A DNA stretch of 62,251 nt, counting the filler, from Kipferlia bialata (Eukaryota): the NCBI GenBank assembly GCA_003568945.1. It is 6 parts of 6 records of this genome, joined end to end, with 100 filler letters (N's around TTAATTAATTAA, not from the genome) between each part and the next. Parts side by side here need not be neighbours in the genome. Positions count along the whole stretch, not along the records: positions 9,708 to 21,755 come from BDIP01001138.1; positions 21,856 to 33,903 come from BDIP01001139.1; 4 more parts are not named here. One strand, written 5' to 3'. The translations under genes and the position numbers were made by a program. Of this stretch, positions 12,701-24,598 are shown one piece after another. Every line of letters starts with the position of its first letter. The stretch's first letter is position 1. The notes beneath the pieces were generated by a model. That model ran no database searches. It worked only from the letters and a program-made list of their open reading frames with translations, and had not been told where the DNA came from.

Positions 12701-15653
12701 CTGTGCCTGTTGACACTGTCCCTACACAGCCTGCAGCAGGGCTGGAGCCTGTCCTGCCTGTCCAGCCCATGCTACTGGCCAGTGGGGTGGGTACAGTGAC
12801 ACTGACACAGAAACAGGGGCAGACACATACCCAGACGCAGAGTCAGACCAAGGTGGATGTACAGGCCAAGCCTCCCACACACCGCGTGCGTCTCGTGTCA
12901 CTCCCCGTGGCTCTCCCCGCCCCTGCCCCTGTTGCATCTCTGCCCACCCCCTCCATCCCATGTGCTACCCTGCAGACTGGGGAGGGAGTGACTCTCCCTG
13001 TTAGTGACGGTCCCCTGCCCAAGGCACTGGATACACCTGTAGATAGTGCCTCCACAGTACCCACTGCACCTACTGGGTCTGTTGGAGTGCAGGGACAAAG
13101 TGATGTAGAGATGGTGGCCCCTGGGGGGTCTGGTACCCACACCCCCATTCCAGAGGTGTCGGAGCTCCACGACCCCCTCCCCCCTCCTTCGACCGTGGCT
13201 GCAGTGCTTGCTGGTACTGTGTCTCCCACCGTCAGCAAGCCAGGTCCCGCCCAGCCTGTAGCCTCTACTTCTGATGCTTCATCATCACTGATCATCGACT
13301 CTGCCGCCCCTACCGCCCTAGCCCCCTCTGGTGGGTCTAGGTCAGGGGACACCGCCATGCACTGTAGAGTGATTGACACCGACACGGAGGACAGCAGTGA
13401 GACGTCAATGGTACCTGAGGGAGAGAGAGAGAGAGAGGCTGTCAAGGGGGAGCCCAAGATGCCCGAGGTGCCTGGGATGCCGGCACTGCAGCTCGAGGAC
13501 AGCGACATGGTATGTGCTATATATGTACATGATCTCTCTCTCCCTCTCTGTGTGTGTCTCTCTCTCCCTCTCTGACCCCTAGGACATGACACCTTCTGAG
13601 CAGGAGAGACTCCATGCTGCAGTCTCCCCCCACAAGGCCACTCTGCGTACAGACCCTAAGGAGACAGTCCCCACCATAGCTGAGGTAGCTACACCAGCTA
13701 CACCAGCCAGGGTCAAGAAGGAGAGAGAGAGAGAGAGAGAGACACTCGCATCCTCCAGGCCCTCCAGGGCACACACCCGCAATGTCAGGGAGAGGGAGAG
13801 GGAGAGAGAGAGAGAGGCACACAGGGAGCAGGAGACACAGTATGAGACGAAGATCGTGCCCCCCTCCGAGCAGAGACTGCCCAGCTGGACTAGCGAGACA
13901 CTCCTCTCTGACTTTGAGGGGCTGACAGCAGGTATATCAGTCCTAACAATGTAGTATATACATTGCTTGGTATATATATTATAATGTATATTCACTTGGC
14001 ATTCCTGTCAGACTTTGAGGGGTTGATGGCAGGTATCAGTCCTAACAATGTAGTATATACATTGCTATACATCAATATATATATGTCGATAATACAGAAT
14101 GTACATGCTATGCTGACGATTCTTAGACACCAACCCCAGGCCCTCTATTCACCCTTCTGCTCCACAACGTATCCTCCCCCAAGCCCATCGATGTGCCCAC
14201 TGCCCTGGCCTCTGCCCTAGTATCTGCCACATGCCTCAACGAGCAGAAGCAGAGGTATTGATAGATACATGTAATGTATAGTATATATATATATATATAT
14301 ATATATATTGGTATAAGTATGGGTATGGGTGCCCTGGTATCTGTCACATGCCTCAATGAGCAGAAGCAGAGGTATGTATACACATATACAGATATATATG
14401 AGTATGAATATATGTATGTGTGTGCATATATGGGTAGAGGTGCCCTGGTATCTGCCACATGCCTCAACGAACATAAGCAGAGGTGGGTGTATGTATATGT
14501 TTGTTGTTATGAAGATTAAGAAGGAGATGTTGGAGTATACCTGGCTTCTCTCCCCCCATGTCTCTGCTCTCTCTCTCTCTCCTCCTCCTCTCTCTCTCTC
14601 TCTCTCCCCTCTCTCTCTATCTCTCTCCTTCTAACCCCTCAGTGACAAGACCAGGAAGGACAGGAAGGACAGGGAGGAGACACAGGTATTGTATATCACT
14701 CACATTATATATATTATATATATATTATATATATAGTATGTATATATACAATGATAGAGGGACAGGGACAGGTAGACAGAAAGGACAGGGAGGAGACACA
14801 GGTATGGATATGTGGTGATGGGTAGCTGCTCTAGTCTCTCTACCCCTCTCATCCCAGGCCCATAACACCGAGCCCTCCCCCCCCCCCTCTCTCTCTCTCT
14901 CTCTATATATATATGTATGTATGTATACAGTGATGACGATATACCCCTCACATCAGGCCCATGACACCGAGCCCGGTCTCATTGCCGGTCACACAGGCAT
15001 CCACCCGGAGCTGCTGCTAGTGCTGCAGGTACTCAGTCCCTATCCGTATTAGTGCATAAATATTGATACATGTTTGTTCACGTGTGTATATACCTACCCT
15101 CACCCCCAGGATTTCCTCAACACCCTCCGGACCAGCATCATATCTCTATATCCATATCAATCCATATCCATATATTCATATATCTATTCATATACACACA
15201 CCCTTATCCGCAGGACTTCCTCAACACCCTCAGGACCAGCATCACCTCCATGCCCCAGATCAGTGGGAGGGCAGCCAGAAGAGCACGGTGAGTGGACACT
15301 ATACTGTATTGTTTATAGTATATATGCTATGTCAGTGGTAGGGCAGCCAGGAGGGCTCGGTGAGTATATGTGTATATATATGTATATACTCAATAGTATA
15401 CGGTATTAAGAGGGAGTATGCCTATCACTTGTGTTGTGGGTTATATTGATACTGATACTGACACTGGTCGAAGTACCCAATGAGTGTCTCTTCCATCTGT
15501 CTTAGTATCTCTTCTGTCTCTCTCTCACACCCAGTCGTCGCTCTGTGTCCCGCCCCTCTGCCCTCAACGTGGCCACACCCACTGCAGCACACGCGGCACT
15601 CAAGCCAAGTGCGTAGATACTATGTATATATATATATGTGTGTGTGAGTGTGA

Positions 15654-15695
<42 letters not shown>

Positions 15696-15920
15696 GCCAC
15701 ACCCACTGCGGCACACGCTGCACTCAAGCCAAGTATGTATACATGGATATGGTACTAATAGAGATAGTATTTTTATATACACTATGACAGTCCATCTATA
15801 TCTCACCCCCAGGCTCAGCCCACTCTAGGTCAGAGAGAGAGAGACAGAGAGGGAGAGAGGCAGGACACCGCGGTGGTCCCTACGATGCCAACGTTCCCAG
15901 TGGTACGTAACTCTCCACAA

Positions 15921-15957
<37 letters not shown>

Positions 15958-17853
15958 GTACCTCTCTCCCCCTAGCCCCTTATTCCTCACTGTCAGATGC
16001 CGGTCAGAAGGACACCTCTGGTTGCAAGGCGGACTATGTAGGCTACCCCAACACTAGGAGTGGGTCGATGAAGGCTGGGCAGCCGCTGGAGGAGGAGGTA
16101 TGTATGCGTATATATATGAATATTCATTAATATATGAATGTGTTTTCTATACATTGACACATTCAATATTCATAGACGGTTATTAGAGGAGGAGGTATGA
16201 CTGCACGTGTAAGATACATACAATTTACTCATGTACACGCACTTTATCATACTGACCCTCCAGCCCTACCACCTCACCTGGGGAGAGCGCAACCTGCCTG
16301 CCCACCTCCTGTGCACAATGCCCCACATACAAGTACAAGTAAGTAGTATATATATAGATGTATATACATATATATACATACAGGTGCAGGTGCGGGCATG
16401 TGTGTATAGATATGTAGATTCATAGTAATATATATGTGTGTTAATGTATTGAAGCTATATATTTCCTCTATTCAACCCCCTGTGCACCATATAGGTGGCA
16501 CTACCTTATGTCTGTCTCTATTGCGTGTTGTATTTACAAGTGTACGTCTCCCCCCAGCTTGCCCTTCTAGCTGACCAATACATATACATCATAGATACAT
16601 TATATATGTATTTGTTTTTCTATATTTATCATTATATGTATATATACTGATATCCAACCCCAGCTTGCCCTTCTAGCTGACCAGTCCGACCCCACCAGCG
16701 ACACCCAGACAGAGCAGCCCAGGGAGGGGTACTGCGAGCCAGTCCAGGCCACATACCACTCCGTATCAATCTCTGAGGTATGGTATATGGAGAGATAATA
16801 GTATATGTATTATTGTGTATTTTTAATAGTGTAATATATAGTAGTATATATAGTGGGACCTCTCTCCCTCCACCCCCTTATACCAGGCTGGCATCGATGT
16901 GCAGCACGTGACCTCTGAGGGTGAGGGAGAGGGTCACCAGACCATTGTGCCTGGGCTCAAGGACCAGAGAGAGAACCCCGCCCTCGCTGCCCTAGGGCCA
17001 TGCATACCCAAGGAGAGGGAGAGAGAGGGAGAGAGAGAGGGTGCCGAGGCCAAGGCCAAGGCGGTGTCTGGACTCAGGCCCTCCCCCGCCACACATATGG
17101 GAGAGAGAGAGAGACCCACGTCCAGGCCTAGGGAGAGAGAGACCCCGCGCCAGAGGGGAGACGTCACAATGCTACCAAGCACATCCCCTAGCAGGTATAG
17201 ACACCACATCATATATGATAGTAACATGAATGGCTAGATGTAGTGATATATATGCTCTTCTCTGATGCCAGGATCACCCCCTCCTCCCACGGTCCCCCCC
17301 ACCTCAGGGACAGGGACACTACCCTCCACACCACACCACACAGCAGGAAGTGGGAGAGAGAGAGAGAGAGGCCCGAGATCAAGAGAGAGAGAGAGGGCGG
17401 ACTGCCCCAGAGGATCCAGGCTGAGAGGGAGAGAGAGAGAGAGAGAGAGAGAGAAAGGGAGAGAGAGAGACTCCAGGGCAGACCCTCGAGACGGCTCGCG
17501 GAATACGAGAGAGAGAGAGAGAGGAAGAACGAGGAGGCCGAGGGTAAGAGGGAGAGAGACCGTGACGGAGAGCGTGAGAGAGACAGGGTAGAGGGAGAGA
17601 AGTCCCAGGCTCCCAGCAGCGGAGGCCCATACCCCAACCGTAACAGGTACACATATTCACAGTATAGTCTTACCGCCCACCGTATATGACTACACAATGT
17701 TCTCTATATGTACATATATATACATATACTCACGCCAGGTACAATAGGAGCTGGGACGGCGGCAGGGGGAGAGAGAGCCGCGAGAGAGACCTCGGCCCTA
17801 GGAGGGGACCAGGCTCCAAGGACTTCAGAAGGGGTCCAAGGGACAGGTGGTGA
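9741..17853 (+). CDS. Large hypothetical multi-exon protein with an ~800-aa Pro/Thr/Val/Ala low-complexity exon and an Arg/Glu-rich C-terminus; 5'-partial
   Basis: Chain of GT-AG exons (10172-10240, 10359-10435, 11125-13509, 14141-14254 etc.). Last exon ends ...RRGPRDRW with TGA at 17851-17853. No family recognised. Confidence 0.65.
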
Positions 17854-18069
17854 TCCCATGCTCTACCATGTTTTTGTCTCCATTCTGGAGTGACTGTGTT
17901 ACTCATATGGAGTGTAATGGTCTCTTTTCTCTGCTAGCGGAGGGACTAAATGTATCGTTGATGTCATCAGTGGTGTTGTACGTTGACAAAGGGTTTATCA
18001 TTCTCCGGTTCTATCCGATTCCATTTGACACTGGAGCCTTCTCAAAGCATCTCTTCACACTTGTACTGA

Positions 18070-18560
18070 ATGCCCTGTGTGTGTGTGGACATTGTGTTTG
18101 GGTGGCGGGTGGACGATGCCAAGGCGAGGGAGTGGTTTGCCGACCACCCCTGGGCCAGTCAGGCCTGGAATATGATGGACTCTGACTGGAAGAAGAAGTG
18201 GCGCCGCAAGGAGCTCCCCAAGGGGGTATATGTCGTGCACCACACTGAAGAGTTTAGTGACCGGCAGCCATACTACGTCAGCCTCACATCCACAAATGGG
18301 AGCCACACCGAGGTGGTGGGGATGTCTCTGGAGGAGTTAGAGGTAGGAGCTGAATCTGCTCAGATAGAGGTCTCTCTCTCTCCCTCTCTCTCTCGCCCCC
18401 CCCCCCCTCCTAAACATTCTTAGACATTCTATGCTCTTCTCTTACCCAGGCCCTCACTTCTGATGAGGCTCTCGTGGAGCGTGGGAGGGAGTTTGCCAAG
18501 AAGCTTGGAGCTAGGGACACTGTCTGCCGTGTCCACGCTTACGCATCCTGTACATACTGA
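18070..18560 (+). CDS. Hypothetical 127-aa protein, 2 exons
   Basis: Exons 18070-18342 and 18450-18560 join in frame (…SLEELE|ALTSDEALVERG…CTY*). Confidence 0.7.
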
Positions 18561-19665
18561 GTCCATATCCATATCTATTATTAGTCAGTATGACAATGTC
18601 GTTTACATACCATAATAGACCTCTAACCTACCTAATCACTGACAAATGGGTGGATAGGAAGTTGAACAGCAGTAAAATACTAGGCCTAGTACTATATATA
18701 TACCTATGCTCAGTATAGGCTACTGTTCATAGTATGAACTTCATATTGTTGAACAGTATTTCTCCTGACGGGAGTCTGATTGTGTTATTGGGATTGCATT
18801 CGCTGAATCCTTGATAATAGCCACATGGGCTGTCACTCCCTATATAGACCCCCCCCTAGTACGAAAGTGTCTATATGGCCTCTGTATTTACCCCTCTTTT
18901 GACTCCCGGTACCTATATAGAGTATATATCATTATAGACCGGGTCTAAAATAGACCCTACTCAAGTTTGTGCTACCCCCACGGTGGGGGCCCCACCCCCG
19001 AATTTCACCTATCCTTCCATGTCTCATACCCTGTACCATACTCTACACTCTATTACCATATGTACCAGATACATAATTTTCAACATGGCATTTGTGATGC
19101 AAGTACATGTGTGTCTGACTCCCACCCTTCTCCCTCTCTCCCCCCGCCCCACCTAACTTCGTGGTACGCCGAGATTACATTGTCTCCGAAAGATAGAGCG
19201 AGGGTGTCTCCCAGACTCTGAGGGGAGGAAGCATAAGGAGCAATATATATATGGACACACTACAACAAGCACAATCAAAGCTGAATACATGTTACTGCAA
19301 GCCTCTGCTTCGTGCCGCTTTGACCCCGTGTACTCACTGTGTTTAGCTGTACCTATACAGATACCCCTGTATGTGAATGTATGCCCTGTGACTCTAAGCC
19401 TAATAGGCATTGCCTATACCTGCATGACCCTACCAGTGGTGATTTCATACTGCACCATGTCTCGAACACTAGTTTGGAGTGACTCTGTTGCTCTTATATT
19501 GCATATGGACTCCATATGCAATCCATATTATGGAGGCTCTGTTAGCTGAAGGACATAGTGTATCATTGATGGTGGGAACGGAGTTGCCAAATATGATATT
19601 TGGAATATCTGCCAAGAGATACCTTACTTGCCAGGAAATAGCTTACGATAGGCTGGACAGATAGT

Positions 19666-20709
19666 ATGGCCCAAAGTACGCAACCACTCTCTCAAGTTAC
19701 GGACCGTAACCTCTCTATCTTTTCATCGTTACAGGGGTTAAACGGCACCAAATACCTGTCTCCAGGACACGTTTTCCCCATGACACACAAGTTACCACTC
19801 TTCTTCGAGCACTCTACAGTGACCACTGAGCTGTCTCCATGGGTAGATGGTGCAGATGTGGGACACAACACTGCTTTCTACTACTCTTATCAGGAGGATG
19901 TTGCGCGCACATTCCATCTGAGTGAAGAGGGGTCTATGTCGGACTCTGCTGTCGCTCAGTTCTCAGGTATTCACAGTAATGTGGGGCTATCATTGATGGG
20001 TGGAGTGCTCTATGGGTTTTCAGAGAACACGCTTGTATCGATGCGACTTGACACCCAAACACCAAGTCGCGAGTCCCTCCCCCGAACCACAAGAGGTTTT
20101 GCCTCCAACAGTCACGGTTTCATACTAGATGGATTCCTGTACCTGTTGCACTCAATATACACTTCGTCCATCGGCTACCAACCACAGACACTCTGTCGTG
20201 ACACTGAACACCGTAGAGCTGGGTGGAGGTCACTGGACTATACTACACCTGTGCTGTGCAAGACAAGAATGCACCTGCCAGTGATAGACGGCCGAGCCTA
20301 TGGAGTGACCAAAACAGGGCTAGTGGTGACCTTCCACCCACTCAGTGGGTGGACCCACTGTTCCCAAAGCCCTATCCCAGACTGGAATACTAGATACGCT
20401 AACCTTGTCTTCTTACTCCCACTAGGACGGTATCTATTCGTATCCAAGAGGTCAAGCGTAATTCCCGGCCAACCAAGGGTGTACCGCTGGACGGCATTCG
20501 ATACCATTTCTGGAGAGATTGGACGTCTGCAAGACTGTGATTTCAGTGGACGTGCCGGGATCCTCTCTCCTGCCCTTGCCGTGCCCTCTCCTCCTAACCA
20601 CCTGCACTACATCGACCCAGGGCTAGTCTATCCACACCCCGAAATGAGGTGGGCCAGTATTCCCCCGGCTGCTGTTGTTACACAGTGCCCTGAAGATGAA
20701 GGGGACTGA
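19666..20709 (+). CDS. Divergent Kelch-like beta-propeller family protein
   Basis: 347-aa ORF with strand-like repeats (MGGVLYGF, LDGFLYLL, IDGRAYGV, LGRYLFV…AFDTISGE) and C-terminal LVYPHPEMRWA, shared with the gene at 41094-42460. Confidence 0.6.
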   Translation: MAQSTQPLSQVTDRNLSIFSSLQGLNGTKYLSPGHVFPMTHKLPLFFEHSTVTTELSPWVDGADVGHNTAFYYSYQEDVARTFHLSEEGSMSDSAVAQFSGIHSNVGLSLMGGVLYGFSENTLVSMRLDTQTPSRESLPRTTRGFASNSHGFILDGFLYLLHSIYTSSIGYQPQTLCRDTEHRRAGWRSLDYTTPVLCKTRMHLPVIDGRAYGVTKTGLVVTFHPLSGWTHCSQSPIPDWNTRYANLVFLLPLGRYLFVSKRSSVIPGQPRVYRWTAFDTISGEIGRLQDCDFSGRAGILSPALAVPSPPNHLHYIDPGLVYPHPEMRWASIPPAAVVTQCPEDEGD

Positions 20710-21365
20710 CCAGTCACTGGGAGACTAGCAGTCTTGGAGTCTTACAGTGTAAGAGTCATACACTCAGACTCCTATTGCAGCAACAAGTTCATTAGTTCCG
20801 TACAGCCCTAACACCCAATATATATTATAGTATAATAGCCATATATTGATGTATATATTATTAATACATTTTTAATAGAATTAATCATTCTGTATGAAGG
20901 ACGCAACAATGTATATAGCTCATTAGAGCTGTTGGGCTTTGACCATCTTGGAGTCCAAGACTTGGACCGTAGCCTACTATTCGTAGGGCTTTCCAAACCA
21001 CATTGTTTAGCACCGCGAGCGTCATTGGCCGAGAAAACCCTCAGAAAAGATCTCATCAGGGGAATATGCACACATTGTGAACTACACAGTGATACTGGAT
21101 AGCAGTAAGGGTATCTCAGTCTAGGGACTGAACAAATCCATGAACGCTGTAAAATATATATGCACTTACTTCCCCATAAAGTTCTACTAGCAAGACTCGC
21201 CCATCTATTGCACGTATCCGTCAATGTTTGGCACTGCCTGGGTCTGAGAGTCTCTGACACTCGCATAAGGGTTTAGAGCCAAAAACACCTGATTCTGAAA
21301 CACCCTCTCTTGACCCTACTCAGTACTCCGTGAGTCTGAGGCCCTCTGCTGGACTCTCTGTTACT

Positions 21366-21755
21366 ATGGATGTGGATATGGATGGGGGCCACGCAGAGGT
21401 GAGTCACATGTGATGTGTGTGAGGGTATACGTTGGTGTGGACGTCAAAATACAGTGGTGTATACGCGCTAGTATCAGACAGTCCTCTAGATACCTCTCTG
21501 TGTCAAGTAATGTCTTCTCTCTCACTCTAGGCCGGGCAGTTCGATCCCATGACCCTGACATCGGCCGAAGTGGCAAGGCTTCTGCTAGGTATGCATGTAT
21601 GGATGCATAAAGAGTGCATGATATGTCTTCTCTGAAGTGTAGTGAGAGTATGTGTCTGACTGGTGTTCAGAGTGCCTGTGTGGCAGCCCTGTATGTAGAT
21701 ACTAATATTACGTGTATGTACCCTCGCCCCCAGACTTTGGCTCCATCCCTGTGGC
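21366..21755 (+). CDS. 5' fragment of a hypothetical gene, cut by the scaffold end
   Basis: Exons 21366-21398, 21531-21588 and 21734-21755 splice in frame: MDVDMDGGHAE|AGQFDPMTLTSAEVARLLL|DFGSIPV. Confidence 0.5.
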
Positions 21756-21855
21756 NNNNNNNNNNNNNNNNNNNNNNNNNNNNNNNNNNNNNNNNNNNNT
21801 TAATTAATTAANNNNNNNNNNNNNNNNNNNNNNNNNNNNNNNNNNNNNNNNNNNN
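21756..21855. other. Artificial scaffold spacer
   Basis: N44-TTAATTAATTAA-N44. Confidence 0.97.
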
Positions 21856-21913
21856 AGACCCTTGCCCCTTGCCCGTCAGCCCCCCCCCCCCCCCCCCCCT
21901 TCCTTGGGACGGG

Positions 21914-24392
21914 ATGCCTGAGAGTAACTCGCCCCTGGACAGGCACTTCAGGTCCATCCTCTTTGAGATAGAGAGGGAGTATGTGGGTCTTCCTACGGCA
22001 CAGGTGAGTATTACAGCCACAATAGCACCTGGGAGGTGCAGGGATTTAGCATATAGAGCATTATCGTAGAGCATTGTTAACGCTCTCATTGCGTACTCTC
22101 TCACTGCAGCGTATTATCGTGGAACGGTGGGTACTGCGTCTGAATGAGCCCCAGAAGCTGATCACATGGAAGAAGAACAGGTGGGGATCCAGTCATGGAT
22201 GTCTCTCAACTGGAAGGAGAGAGCCAATGCACTCAATATATGATAGACTATACTAACCTCAGGAACCTGTATGCCCAGCTGCTGCTGCACTTTGTGAGGA
22301 AGGGCAAGCTGGAGAAGCCTTTCAACAGAAGACCTCCTGATGGGTCTCTGCCCAACGTGCCCAAGTGAGTGTGTAGTATATAGTGTACAATTATTATGGA
22401 GAAGTCACCCCAAGTACTATATGTAGCTCTGTTGCTTGAGTGCCGTCATGAAATATGTTAAGAACTCTCTCTTCCCTGTCCCCCCCCCCCCACCCACGTC
22501 ATTCTTCCTCTCCATCCTCTGTCATTTCACAATTGAATACATACCCTCTCTCCTGACCCCAGGTACATGACTATGCATCTCAAGGGCGAGGCCAAGCGGC
22601 GAAAGGATGCAGAGAGGCAGAGGGCGGCCCCCCGTGAGAGTGGGCGTGTGTCTGACTCATTCCGGCACTCACAGACACCGGCCAAGGAGAGAGAGAGGGG
22701 GAGGCAGGAGAGACAGAGCCCTGCGGCCCCTTCCCCTGTTCCCATCCCGATGGCACCCCCTGTACAGGTATATCTATACCTCTTTATTATTATACATCTA
22801 TATTTCTACAGGTAGGGTATCTTTGTCAGCATAGAGATACATGGAGCTGTCCTCCTACCCTTCCCCCCTCTCCAAACACCTCACCCCAGACCTTCCCCTA
22901 TGATGGCAGGCACCGTCGCAGCATTGTGGCCAGCAGGGGTCCCTCCGACAGACCCAGCCAGAGGTATCAGTGTCAGTATCAGTATCAGTATCATATATTT
23001 ACATATATACACATACATCTATATACATACTGACACAGACCCAGCCAGAGGTACAACGTGGGTGGGTCCCAGATAGGGGACAGACCCTCTAGTCTGAGAC
23101 ACAGCCAGATGGCAGATGGGGAGGAGGAGAGAGAGATTGAGGAGAGAGAGGAGGAGAGGCAGGTGCAGCCCAGGTACCAGGGCAGGAGAGATGCCTACCA
23201 GGAGCCCAGTGTGCCCCAGAGGCAGAGGCAGGGTAGAAGGGGTGTAGAGGAGGCAGCCAGGGGGACTAAGAGTAGTGGTGCACTCCTTCGCAGTGTGAGG
23301 CCCTCCACCGCTGACCCTGCCTGTGATGTGTACAGTACCTCCCACTCCTTCCTGGAGACTGAGAGGGAGATTGAGGAGGAGATGCAGAGGGAGAGAGAGA
23401 AGGAGTTGGAGAGAGAGAGAGAGGAGGAGGAGAGGGAGAGGGAGGAGAGGGAGAGAGAGGTGGAGCCTGTCACTATGGCCCACCACCTTAGTGACTCTGT
23501 GTTCACTGACAGTCCTAGGCAGACAAGAGACAGAGGGGGGGATGCAGAGGGGGAGAGAGAGACACTGCACACAGCCCCTGGGAGTCTCGCCTCCCTCGCC
23601 CCACCCCTCAGGTCACAGCGCCCTGCGGCAGTGAAGAGAGGGGGAGAGAGAGAGGGTGCACAGCCGAGAAGAGTCTCTAGTGGCCAGGCAGCACGTGCCA
23701 GTCCCCCTCGCCAGGTTAGGAGAGAGGAGGAGAGAGAGGATGCCCTTGCTCGCAGGGTGAGGGAGCTGGAGGATGAGCTGGCAAGGGTGTCTGATGAGAG
23801 GGAGAGGTTCAAGAGGCTGACGGATGCCCAGAAGAGCAGGATAGCTGAGCTGGAGAGAGAGGTCATGTCCCAGGCACCAGTGGCTGATACACGGAGGGTG
23901 CTCTACGATAGTGGCAGGGTGGAACAGGGAGAGGGAGAGAGAGAGGAGGAGAGGAGAGAGGGCAGGTCCAGGAGACGTGTCAACCTCTACGACCAGTCTG
24001 ACTTCATTGATGAGGACTGTGGGGGGATAGGCGATATGGAGGGGGAGAGCGAGGGTGAGGAGTGGGACGGAGGGGTGCACACTCTGACATCATCCAGGGG
24101 ACCTGCCACTGCCACCATTGATCACAGGAGGAGAGAGAAGGGGAGGGCGAGGGAGACCGGTAGAGATACAGCCGCTGCCGGTGGGCCCCGTCGGCTGATG
24201 CCCACCACCAACTCCCCAGCCATGGTACCTAGGAGGAGGGAGAGGGAGAGGCAGAGGGAGAGAGATAGGGAGAGAGGCAACCCCACCCGTCCATCCAGAC
24301 CCGCCTCTGGGGGTCTAGCCGGGGGTGTGGATCTGTATGACCTGGAGGCCTACCACAGGGAGACGCTCTCTCTCGCAGGGAGGGGAGAGTGA
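21914..24392 (+). CDS. DUF4485-domain (CEP112/CCDC46-like) protein with coiled-coil and Arg/Glu-rich tail
   Basis: Spliced N-terminus LDRHFRSILFEIE…RIIVERWVLRL…WKKNRNLYAQLLLHFVRKGKLEKPFNRRPPDGSLP matches my recollection of the DUF4485 pattern. Coiled coil LARRVRELEDELARV…IAELERE in the last exon. Confidence 0.7.
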
Positions 24393-24598
24393 GTGTGAGA
24401 GAGAGAGACACTCTCTCTCGGAGGAAGGGGAGAGTGAGATATATATGTGATATACCGTAGGTAGACAGACGTAGCCATCCATTCATTTGGCGTTCTCATA
24501 GGAGCTTTCTACGCGTTGTGGTTAATCCAATAGACACAGTGTCCGCTAAGAACACACGCAGATCTACATGACTCTATTGACACATCCTACTACAGCTC

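Noticed and set aside
18827..20808. Possible transposon TIRs (GGGCTGT…ACAGCCC) around the Kelch-like gene
   Set aside because: Only 7 bp match, with no target-site duplication or transposase.
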